Shown here: positions 27,281-35,849 of the stretch, piece after piece
Layout of the letters: every line of letters begins with the position of its first letter
How positions within the stretch are numbered: the stretch's first letter is position 1
Position numbers and translations under genes: made by a program
Origin: Verrucomicrobiota bacterium
GTDB taxonomy: Bacteria; Verrucomicrobiota; Verrucomicrobiia; Chthoniobacterales; UBA10450
Length of the DNA stretch: 64,000 bases
Direction: 5' to 3'
Assembly (NCBI GenBank): GCA_041167265.1
Contig: JBEEHG010000071.1
Coordinates: forward strand, 10,617 to 74,616
Notes under the pieces: model-generated
The model's database searches: none
What the model saw: only the letters and a program-made list of their open reading frames with translations
What the model was told of the DNA's origin: nothing

Positions 27281-29311
27281 ATGCCTTTCGAAGACGCATC
27301 AGCCCAGGACACTGGCCGCATCGCGGCGGTGCCATCCCCCCCTTTGCCCAGACTTTGGATTAGTTTGTACGCGCTGACCATTTTGCTGGCCTGTCTGCAT
27401 ACCGGGCAGAGCATTGTCTTCTTCGATGGGATCCCCGGCGACCTTGCTGATGCGCGAGTGACGAACTGTATTCTCGAACACGGATTCCAATCCATCCTGG
27501 GCTACGCCCGCCTGCTCTCGCCGTCCCAATTCTATCCGGTAGAAGGCACTCTCGTATACACCGATAACCATCTGGGGACGCTTCCGATCTATGCCATCTA
27601 TCGATGGGTTGGCTTTTCCATGGAGCGGTCGTTCCAAGGTTGGTTCTTAACGGTCATCGCCCTTGATGCGGCTTCCCTCCTCTTCCTCTTTCGCAGACTC
27701 CGGATCAGCCGCGCTCTAGCGTGTCCGTTGGCGTTTTTCGGGGCATCGTCCTGTTCCCTGGTCCTCAAGTGTGGTCACCCGCAGGTCCTTCCCTACTTTC
27801 CATTCATTCTGGCTCTGGCCTGTTTCCTTTCTTTTCTTCGTTCGGCAGACGCACGGCTGCTGGCATGGGCGGTCATTTGGTTCGCCTATCAGAATGCGTG
27901 CTACATGTACGATGGATACTTTAGCGTCCTTATTCTTACCGCTGTCTTGGTTGTCTTCATGGCCCTGACGGCACCGCGCGATTTCTGGCCTCTCGTCTCT
28001 CAATCGGCCCGCAGGAATGCCGTATTTCTAAGTTGTACCATCGTCCTTAGTATGGCGGGATTGGCGCTCTTGTATGCTCCCTATGCCGGTTTTAGCTCCA
28101 AATCCGGCACCAGGCCGATGGCCGAGCTCCTCTTGCTCGCCCCGAATCCGGGGGCATGGTTTAGCGCTTCTGCCCAGAGCGCATTCTATTCCGCACAAAA
28201 GTTCTATAAACCTGGCGGTTACATCATCGAAAATACCTTATTCAGTGGCTGGGTTGCCTGGGCCATGACGCTGGTGGCGCTGGGCACGGGGCTCAGGGCC
28301 AGCCGGCCATCTGATTACCGTCTGGCGGCAGTTCTCGCCGGGTCTTGCGTTCTTCTGGTCGGTTTCATTACTACCTGGCGCGGGACGACTGGGAACGCCT
28401 ACCTCTGGGTTGCCGATCATATTTCGAGTCTTCGCGCATTCCGTTCCTTTGCGCGAATCGCGTATTTGTTATTCGTCCTTCAGGCTGCGGCCATCGCGGT
28501 TTTTCTTAACGCCGTCTATGTCTCCACGCGGTCGCGCCTCGTCCGAGTCTTGACTGTCGTGGTCGCTGCGGCGATTGCCGTTGAGCAGCTTTCGCTCGGG
28601 CAGTTTCACTATTCACCCTGGATCGCGCAACTGCGTGTCGCGGGGTTGGTTGAGATGTGGCGGAAAGCCGGCGACCACCAAGTCCTGATTTTTGCGCCTG
28701 GTTACAGCAACCAGGGTGCGGAAACGATCAATACCGACAGCTGGCAGGCCGCTCTCAGTTTGCATAGATTTTCCATCAACGGTTATAGCGGAAACCAGCC
28801 TGCGAATTACGCGCAGTTCCTCAACACGCCGTCGGTCGAAAACGCCAAGGCACTCCTGACAACGTTGGGACTTAACGTTTCGGCCGTTTCCTTAGTTACC
28901 GATTGGCCCGAGGCGGTCAAAGCGCGGCTGGGCATTCAGACCTATACGACCTCGGCACGGATTGTGCCGAAGGCCAAGGCTACCGAAATCACGCTGAGTC
29001 CCGGTGAAGAAGCGACGTTACCGATCACGTTGCACTCCGAAGAACCCGGTGACGTTCCGTGCGACGTGCTCCACATCTACGCGTCGTACCGGCTGTTTGA
29101 CACCCGCGGCGTAAATGTAATTGACCCGCCGTCCCCGCGTACGTTTGTTCACACGGTGCGCCCCGGTGATTCGGAAACGATCGCGCTTCGCATGCAGGCT
29201 CCTCGTACGCCCGGTGTTTACGAAGCGAAACTCTCGATGGTGCATGAGGGCGTAGCGTGGTGGGCGGACATCGGAGCGCCAGGGTCCATCGTCAAATTTG
29301 TTGTTCAATAG
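27281..29311 (+). CDS. Large polytopic membrane protein (GT-C-like?) with C-terminal shared beta-rich module
   Basis: At least 10 hydrophobic helices over about 430 aa, then a soluble region ending ...GVYEAKLSMVHEGVAWW. Confidence 0.65.
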   Translation: MPFEDASAQDTGRIAAVPSPPLPRLWISLYALTILLACLHTGQSIVFFDGIPGDLADARVTNCILEHGFQSILGYARLLSPSQFYPVEGTLVYTDNHLGTLPIYAIYRWVGFSMERSFQGWFLTVIALDAASLLFLFRRLRISRALACPLAFFGASSCSLVLKCGHPQVLPYFPFILALACFLSFLRSADARLLAWAVIWFAYQNACYMYDGYFSVLILTAVLVVFMALTAPRDFWPLVSQSARRNAVFLSCTIVLSMAGLALLYAPYAGFSSKSGTRPMAELLLLAPNPGAWFSASAQSAFYSAQKFYKPGGYIIENTLFSGWVAWAMTLVALGTGLRASRPSDYRLAAVLAGSCVLLVGFITTWRGTTGNAYLWVADHISSLRAFRSFARIAYLLFVLQAAAIAVFLNAVYVSTRSRLVRVLTVVVAAAIAVEQLSLGQFHYSPWIAQLRVAGLVEMWRKAGDHQVLIFAPGYSNQGAETINTDSWQAALSLHRFSINGYSGNQPANYAQFLNTPSVENAKALLTTLGLNVSAVSLVTDWPEAVKARLGIQTYTTSARIVPKAKATEITLSPGEEATLPITLHSEEPGDVPCDVLHIYASYRLFDTRGVNVIDPPSPRTFVHTVRPGDSETIALRMQAPRTPGVYEAKLSMVHEGVAWWADIGAPGSIVKFVVQ

Positions 29312-29364
29312 CTTTGATTTTTTTGCCTACGCGGAGGCCGTCGCTAGAAACTTCGCCACAATAA

Positions 29365-31263
29365 ATGCCAACTCCTCTTAAAGAACCACCGGAGGCAGCG
29401 CCGGCGTCTGCGGACAATCGCTGGCTTTCCGCTTCAAACCGGGTCGCGGACTCGAGTCGGAGCCAGGCCATCCTGCTGGTGTTGCTTGCAGCGCTGTACT
29501 TGTTGTCGTATCTGAGCCAACCTCTCCTGCCCGGGAACAATCTGGAACATCCGAATGGCTGGTGGGGATGGTGGGACCAAGGGCAGTATTTACGGTCCGC
29601 GGCTGCCATTTCGCACTGGGCCCTCGGACCCGAGACTTACTGGTATCCGCTCGGTTATCCTGCCCTTGGGGCATTGTTCTACCGGTGGGTGCCACAGCAC
29701 GCCTTTTTCCTGCCTGATTTGGCGCTGGTTCTGGGCGCCGTCGTCCTGTTTTTCAAAATCGCCAGACGGATGGTCAGTTCGCTTGAGGCAATCCTGCTCA
29801 TCGCGGTTTTTGTCGTTGCTTATGCCGGAACTATAACAATCAGCGTCATTACGCCATGGAACACGATCCCGACCCATTTTCTTTGTTACATGATGATCTG
29901 GCTGGTTGGCTTTCGCGAACTTACCAAGATGCGCATTTACGCCGCGGCCCTCTGCCTGGGACTGATTTATACTTGCCGCGCTCTGGATGCAGCCTGCATG
30001 GGTTTGATCCTTGCGGTTGCGATTCTGCAAGTGCCGGGGTGGCGAGACAAGTTCAAGGTGGGTCTCATTTCCTCTATCGTTGTCGCGATTCCCGTTGGCT
30101 GCATTCTACTGATCAACCGGTCCGTCTTCGGCGCATGGGTTACTCCTTACGAACAAATGAGCGGGCGCATGGGCTTCGGCGCGTATCCGTTCGCTAAGAA
30201 GCTTTTTATACTGCTCGTCGATGGGCGTCCTGTTTTTCGCGAGGGGGATACCGCCTATTTTTCTCATTTCCCATGGCTGGTCCTCGCTCCGGTTGGAATC
30301 GTTTACTTACTGCGGCGCTATGACGCAAAGGCTATAGGTGTCCTGCTGAGCGGTGCGGTAACGTACGCCGCCTATTTCTCCTATAACGATTTCTGGCCTC
30401 ATACGACGTTCCGTTTCGGTCAGATCCACTATCTCTTCTGGACTTTGCCGCTGTTGGCATTGTTCACCTATGCGGGGATCAAGCATTCCTGGAAGAACCG
30501 CGTGGGCCGCTGGAGCTATGGCCTGGTGCTCCTGATCCTGTTTCCAGTCTGCTTTTTGTCATTACAGGAGGAAACCCGGGGCAGAGGCACCTTGGCTCCG
30601 AACTCCACGGTGGATGTTACTCCGATTGAAGGCCAGCACATCGACTGGATTGCTTTTCCGGGGGCGAGCGCACTACCTAAACTATACGTCGACGGCCGGG
30701 AGTTAATGCAGTTCTCGCAGTACGTAGCTCCAATTCGACCTGATGGGACCGCCGCTCTAATGGCTAGTGGCATGCAGGAGAAGAGTATCAAGATCGCCCT
30801 CCAAGGCGTCGCGAACTCACAAACCCCGGAGTTTGGAACCCTGGATTGGCGGCGGCGATGGACACCGAGAACGGCGGTCTTAGCGTTGCAGGATTATCTC
30901 TTCTCACCCACGATTGTTCTGTTAGGCAAAACTCAGAACGTCGATATTATCGGGCCGAAAGGCGAACCCGATGGAGAGCCCGACCAAGTAGTTCGGGTCA
31001 CGCTTCACCAGCGGCTGTTCGATCGGATTCGCGCATGGGAGATTGAAACGGACGATAAGCACGGGCACTGGGTCACAACTCCGAACTCGCAGGGATGGTG
31101 GCTTATCAAGGTTCATGAAAGCCAGAAGAAGGAAGGCAGCGATCAGATCCAGGTCACTCTATGCTTTCCAGATTTCGGCGACTTTGAAAAGGCAAGCGCG
31201 TTCGCAGTGCGCGCGTCGGATGCTAGCGGCCGCTATGTTTTCGAGCGCGAGGTTCGAAAATAA
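29365..31263 (+). CDS. Large polytopic membrane protein, GT-C/ArnT-PMT-like (putative)
   Basis: About 11 TM helices followed by a ~200-aa soluble C-terminal domain. Adjacent to the other GT-C-like gene. Confidence 0.6.
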   Translation: MPTPLKEPPEAAPASADNRWLSASNRVADSSRSQAILLVLLAALYLLSYLSQPLLPGNNLEHPNGWWGWWDQGQYLRSAAAISHWALGPETYWYPLGYPALGALFYRWVPQHAFFLPDLALVLGAVVLFFKIARRMVSSLEAILLIAVFVVAYAGTITISVITPWNTIPTHFLCYMMIWLVGFRELTKMRIYAAALCLGLIYTCRALDAACMGLILAVAILQVPGWRDKFKVGLISSIVVAIPVGCILLINRSVFGAWVTPYEQMSGRMGFGAYPFAKKLFILLVDGRPVFREGDTAYFSHFPWLVLAPVGIVYLLRRYDAKAIGVLLSGAVTYAAYFSYNDFWPHTTFRFGQIHYLFWTLPLLALFTYAGIKHSWKNRVGRWSYGLVLLILFPVCFLSLQEETRGRGTLAPNSTVDVTPIEGQHIDWIAFPGASALPKLYVDGRELMQFSQYVAPIRPDGTAALMASGMQEKSIKIALQGVANSQTPEFGTLDWRRRWTPRTAVLALQDYLFSPTIVLLGKTQNVDIIGPKGEPDGEPDQVVRVTLHQRLFDRIRAWEIETDDKHGHWVTTPNSQGWWLIKVHESQKKEGSDQIQVTLCFPDFGDFEKASAFAVRASDASGRYVFEREVRK

Positions 31264-31268
31264 GAGCT

Positions 31269-32252
31269 CTACCCGGCAGCGCTCGACTGTTGGGTGAGGG
31301 CCTGTTGGACCCGTTCGAGGGTCCGCACCACATCTACCGCCAGTCTTAGCCCGAACCGTTCCCGATTTCCGCCCAGCAGGCCTTCCACGAAATATTTTAC
31401 TTCGCGAGCCAACGGCTTTTCGGAGCCGACCGCCAGGTTGACAGGTTGCGGTAACCGGAAAGTCGGCGGTAAGCTAAAGCGCCCCTCGAAAGACACGTCA
31501 TAAGACCACAACGAGCTGCCGGTGTCATCGTCCTTTAGGAACAACACCGAGTCAGCAAACTGCACCGAGAGGGATCGTCCGCGGAGTGGCGAGAGACAGC
31601 CGGCGACGATCCAGGCTGGACCTTGCGAGGGAAAATCGAGCCGGATCGCGAGCATCTCCGGGTTCGAATGCTGAACCGGGCCGGGAGTAGCGCCGAGAGT
31701 TGCTTGGGCAAGCGGCACTTCAGACATCAGGTCAAGGGACCAGGCGACATCATGTGCGCACCAATCCCAGAGCGGCGGTGTATCCGGGCGAAACGGGCCG
31801 AAACCGGTGCTATTAGAGATAAGGAATCGGATCGGACCGCGGTCTCGGGCGAGTTGCCGGAGTTTTTCGTACGCCGCATTAAAGAGTTGCGTGTGTCCTA
31901 CCAGAACTGGCGTCCCGGCCTTCGCGACCTCGGCCTCCAAGGCAAGGGCGTCCGCGGCGTTCAAGCAAAGCGGCTTTTCCACCAGGACGGGTTTGTTGGC
32001 ATTGAGACACTCCCGCACGATATGGATATGAGTATGCGGGGGTGTGGCCGCGACCACCGCGTCACATCCGCCACTTGCGATTAGCCGGCGCCAGTCGCTA
32101 AAAACTTCGACGGGGTTTCCGACCAGCTTCGCCTTCTCGGGATGCGTCGTGTAGAGCTGACGCAATTCAACACCCGGCAGCTCGTTGATTGTCGCAATGT
32201 ACCGCTCGCCCCAGCGTCCCGCGCCAAGGAGACCCAGAGCGAAAGGCGCCAT
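31269..32252 (-). CDS. Gfo/Idh/MocA-family NAD(P)-dependent oxidoreductase
   Basis: N-terminal LGLLGAGRWGERY Rossmann motif and VLVEKPL motif. Confidence 0.8.
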   Translation of the reverse strand: MAPFALGLLGAGRWGERYIATINELPGVELRQLYTTHPEKAKLVGNPVEVFSDWRRLIASGGCDAVVAATPPHTHIHIVRECLNANKPVLVEKPLCLNAADALALEAEVAKAGTPVLVGHTQLFNAAYEKLRQLARDRGPIRFLISNSTGFGPFRPDTPPLWDWCAHDVAWSLDLMSEVPLAQATLGATPGPVQHSNPEMLAIRLDFPSQGPAWIVAGCLSPLRGRSLSVQFADSVLFLKDDDTGSSLWSYDVSFEGRFSLPPTFRLPQPVNLAVGSEKPLAREVKYFVEGLLGGNRERFGLRLAVDVVRTLERVQQALTQQSSAAG

Positions 32253-32282
32253 TGGAATTTGGAAAAGCCGGCGCTTTCCCGG

Positions 32283-33353
32283 TTATCGCGTTTCCGGGTA
32301 ACTCTGCATTGCCCAGGCGAGGAATCGATCGAGTCCATCGCGCAGCGCCACCGAAGGCTTATAACCAAGCTGGTGGATCGCTTTCGAAATGTCCGGACAG
32401 CGTCGCATCGGTTCATCTGCGGGGTAGGAATCAGGATACTCTATCAGTCGATAGGCGATGGGACGGCCGAGAACGGCTTCTACTTCCTTGACAAGCTCGA
32501 GCACGCTAATCTCCGGAGAGGGGTTGCCAATGTTGTATACCTCGCCTGGAATGCCTTGAAGTAATGCCCGGGTGAACCCAGCTATCGCATCGACAATATA
32601 ACAATAGGTGCGCGTCTGGCGACCCTGGCTATAAACCGAGACCGGTTCTCCATCCACGATTTTGGCGGCAAAATTCGGCAACACCCGATAATCGCCTCGC
32701 CGCATCCCTGGGCCGTAGACGTTAAACGGCCGGACGCTCTTCGTTGGCACACCGGACTGCTGGTGGAAGATCATACAGAGCGTCTCGCCCACGCGCTTCG
32801 CCTCGTCGTAACAAGCGCGCGGCCCAAGGCATGATACATTTCCACGATAAGATTCAGGCGTGGGGACATGGCGCTCGTCTGGATCGCCATAGATCTCGCT
32901 CGAACTAAAGTAGAGAAATGCGCGGGAACGATATTTCTCGCACAACCGCAACGCGTTCTTTGTCCCGATGGTAGCAACCTCAAGGGTTTGGAGTGGATAC
33001 TTTCGGTAATAAAAGGGGCTGGCGATCCCGGCCGCGTGGATAATGAAATCGACTGGCTGGTCGAAGTCGGCGCCTTCCATCGGATTGATGACATCGTGGT
33101 TAACCAACCGGATATTAGGCGTCTGAGCCATGGCCACGGTCGCATCGTCCGAGGTGATAAAGTTGTCTAGAATCGTCAGCTGACACGGCTGCTTTAGTCG
33201 CTCGCTATTAAGATGGCGGAAAAGCTCAATGAAATAGCGACCGAGAAAGCCGCAGCCTCCCGTGAGCATAACGCGCGTCCCACTAAACTCGTCGACCAAG
33301 TCGCCGAGTCGGTCGGCAATCTCCTCGATGTCCTTTGGAAGGTAGCTTAACAT
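32283..33353 (-). CDS. NAD-dependent SDR, UDP-glucuronate decarboxylase-like epimerase/dehydratase
   Basis: VMLTGGCGFLGRYF, SSSEIYGDP and YDEAKRVGE (YxxxK in a UXS/ArnA-like context). Confidence 0.75.
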   Translation of the reverse strand: MLSYLPKDIEEIADRLGDLVDEFSGTRVMLTGGCGFLGRYFIELFRHLNSERLKQPCQLTILDNFITSDDATVAMAQTPNIRLVNHDVINPMEGADFDQPVDFIIHAAGIASPFYYRKYPLQTLEVATIGTKNALRLCEKYRSRAFLYFSSSEIYGDPDERHVPTPESYRGNVSCLGPRACYDEAKRVGETLCMIFHQQSGVPTKSVRPFNVYGPGMRRGDYRVLPNFAAKIVDGEPVSVYSQGRQTRTYCYIVDAIAGFTRALLQGIPGEVYNIGNPSPEISVLELVKEVEAVLGRPIAYRLIEYPDSYPADEPMRRCPDISKAIHQLGYKPSVALRDGLDRFLAWAMQSYPETR

Positions 33354-33354
33354 C

Positions 33355-34653
33355 TTAGTGAACTTGCAATGCAGGAAGAGGAATAATGAATTTACCGCCG
33401 GCCTTGGAGTAGGCCTCGTGCGAACGCATGATCGATTCGGCGAAATTCCACGCCAGGATCAGAACATAATCCGGCTTCGATTCATATAACCGGCTTGAAG
33501 GAACAATAGGCACGTGAAGGCCTGGCGTGAACAATCCTTGTTTTAGCGGGCTGTCGTCGACAACGTACTCTAGGACGTCCGGACCGAGTCCGAAATGATA
33601 CATTAAAGTAGTGGCCTTCGCGGGAGCGCCGAACCCTGCGACGCGCTGGCCTTTACTGCGGAGCTGCTGCAGCAATGACCGTAGTTCGTTTTTACGCTGA
33701 TCAATATTTTCGAAGAACCTCCGATAAGCCGCAGGGCCATGCAGGCCAAGGGCCGCCTCGGCTTTGATCAGGGCGTCGACCGTCGGTTTTTTCCGGGCGC
33801 CCTTGCGCTGTGCAAATCCCCGCAGCGAGCCGCCATGGGAAGAGACCCGCTGCACGTCTACGAGCTCCATGTCATGGAGCTGGAAGAATGTCGCCAATGG
33901 CTTCACTGAGTGGTAGCTCAAGTGCTCATGATAGATCGTGTCAAACAGAGTCTTTTCGAAGACGTCGAGCAGATAGGACACTTCAAAAACAAACGTTCCG
34001 TTTTCAGCCAGCAAAAGTTTGACGGCTTCGACGAAGCCATGCAGGTCATCGACGTGCGCAAATACGTTGTTTGCTGTCACGACTGTCGCCGCACCGTGGT
34101 CCCGCGCCACGGCGCGGGCCAAGTCTTCGTTTAAGAAAGCTGAAATTGTCTTGATGCCGGCAGCGTCGGCGCGTTCCGCAATCAGCGTGGCGGGTTCGAT
34201 GCCAAGGACGGAGCAACCCTTCTCTTTGAAAAAACGTAGCAACGTGCCGTCGTTACTACCGATGTCGACCACGAGCTGGCCTGGAGTGAACTCGAAGCGC
34301 CACAACACGTCTTCTGCATAGCGGCGGAAGTGGTCGACAAACGAAGGCGAGGTCCCCGAAACATAAACGTAATCGCGAAACAGGATCTCCGGGTTGACTA
34401 CGTCCAGCAACTGGACATGGAAGCAATGGTCGCAGAAGTAGATGTCCAAGGGGTAAACGCTTTGGGGCTCATCCACGCGGGCGGCATCGACCAAGGCGTT
34501 GGCCAGCGGCGTCGATACGAGGGAGAAAAGCAGACGCAAATGGACGCTCTCGCAAAGACGACACGTGGTGCGTCGTCGGATTTCCCACGCCGGCGCCGGC
34601 TGCGCAGCCGGCGCGGACACGTCCAATGGCATAACTGGCTGCGACTCCGTCAC
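33355..34653 (-). CDS. Nucleotide-sugar C-methyltransferase-like enzyme (Zn-ribbon, class I MTase and C-terminal domain)
   Basis: CRLCES...CDHCFHVQL Cys4 motif, FRDYVYVSGTS and motif I VVDIGSNDGTLL. The architecture resembles TylC3-type NDP-hexose C3-methyltransferases. Confidence 0.7.
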   Translation of the reverse strand: MTESQPVMPLDVSAPAAQPAPAWEIRRRTTCRLCESVHLRLLFSLVSTPLANALVDAARVDEPQSVYPLDIYFCDHCFHVQLLDVVNPEILFRDYVYVSGTSPSFVDHFRRYAEDVLWRFEFTPGQLVVDIGSNDGTLLRFFKEKGCSVLGIEPATLIAERADAAGIKTISAFLNEDLARAVARDHGAATVVTANNVFAHVDDLHGFVEAVKLLLAENGTFVFEVSYLLDVFEKTLFDTIYHEHLSYHSVKPLATFFQLHDMELVDVQRVSSHGGSLRGFAQRKGARKKPTVDALIKAEAALGLHGPAAYRRFFENIDQRKNELRSLLQQLRSKGQRVAGFGAPAKATTLMYHFGLGPDVLEYVVDDSPLKQGLFTPGLHVPIVPSSRLYESKPDYVLILAWNFAESIMRSHEAYSKAGGKFIIPLPALQVH

Positions 34654-35042
34654 GAGACGAGCGCCACGCGAACCGTGTCTCCTTCATAGTCGGCGGACTG
34701 CCGGCTATTCTTGGCGAAACATAAGAAGACCGAGTCTTCCGTGAATCGCATGGCGTGCTCGTACATCGGCGGTGTATAAAAAACCTGTCCCGCTTCAATC
34801 GACACTGCCTCCGGTTCGGCCTTACTGCCTACGGGACGTTGGTAATAGATCATGCGGCCCGACTGCAACCAGCAGTAATGGTAGTCGGTCTTATGGAAAT
34901 GATTCGCGCGGATCGCTCCCGCCTTAGACGAAATAAGTAGGACGCTTCCAAACGGCGCCTCCACGAGATTATGTATTGCTCCTCGGTCATCCTGAAATGG
35001 GGGTGGAACCGCCACGATCACGTCTTTGTCCGTTTCCTTCAT
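34650..35042 (-). CDS. Small cupin-fold protein, WxcM/FdtA-like sugar isomerase/epimerase candidate
   Basis: 130 aa with FQDDRGAI...RANHFHK...YYCWLQSG. There is a 4-nt overlap with the C-methyltransferase gene. Confidence 0.55.
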   Translation of the reverse strand: MKETDKDVIVAVPPPFQDDRGAIHNLVEAPFGSVLLISSKAGAIRANHFHKTDYHYCWLQSGRMIYYQRPVGSKAEPEAVSIEAGQVFYTPPMYEHAMRFTEDSVFLCFAKNSRQSADYEGDTVRVALVS

Positions 35043-35072
35043 CCTTTTTCTTTCTAAATCCGATCGGGTCTC

Positions 35073-35756
35073 TTAGGGGACGAACCGGTACTTCAATAAA
35101 TTCCACATGACAAGCAAAACGTGGTGCCAGCGGATCTTTTTCCCCTCGTCATACGAACGCCCGTAGTAGGCGATGGGAACTTCGTATACGATAAGCCGGG
35201 TTCGTAATAATTTCGCGAGCAATTCGGCATCGAACTCGAACCCGTCGCTTCCGATTTTAATGTCTTGGAGTAATGAGCGGCGGAACATTTTATAGCACGT
35301 GTAAATGTCAGTGAGCGTTGTGTTATAAAGCACGCGGGCGGCAAAAGTGATGAGTTTGTTGCCTACATAATGCCAGTAATAGTACGCTCGTTGCGGCTTC
35401 GCCCCGGTCATGCGGGATCCGAGCACTAAATCGGCATTCGCCGAGAGAATCGGCTTCATTAACTCGTGAAAATCCGCCGGATCGTATTCCAGGTCGGCGT
35501 CCTGAATTACCAGGATATCGCCAGTCGCCGCCGCGAATCCAGCCTTTACCGCAGCACCTTTGCCGCTGTTCCGCTCCATGAAAATCAACCGGTCGATGCG
35601 CGGCTTCAACTCCTCCAGGATCGCCCGAGTGCCATCAGTCGAACCGTCATCGACTACGATGATCTCTTTCTCGAGATCAACGTTGACGACGCGATCGATC
35701 AGCTCAGCAATCGTGGTTTTTTCGTTGAAGGCGGGAATGACGACCGATAATTTCAT
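35073..35756 (-). CDS. GT2 glycosyltransferase (soluble polyprenyl-phosphate glycosyltransferase-like)
   Basis: LSVVIPAFNEKTTI, VVDDGSTDGT and IQDADLEYDP. Confidence 0.8.
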   Translation of the reverse strand: MKLSVVIPAFNEKTTIAELIDRVVNVDLEKEIIVVDDGSTDGTRAILEELKPRIDRLIFMERNSGKGAAVKAGFAAATGDILVIQDADLEYDPADFHELMKPILSANADLVLGSRMTGAKPQRAYYYWHYVGNKLITFAARVLYNTTLTDIYTCYKMFRRSLLQDIKIGSDGFEFDAELLAKLLRTRLIVYEVPIAYYGRSYDEGKKIRWHHVLLVMWNLLKYRFVP

Positions 35757-35849
35757 GGGATAACTCTGGGAGGATCATTTGCGAAGCAAAACCCCGCCCG
35801 AGCAATCCGCGACCATCCAAGCGAGTCCGGCCGAGCGCAAGCATAAAAA

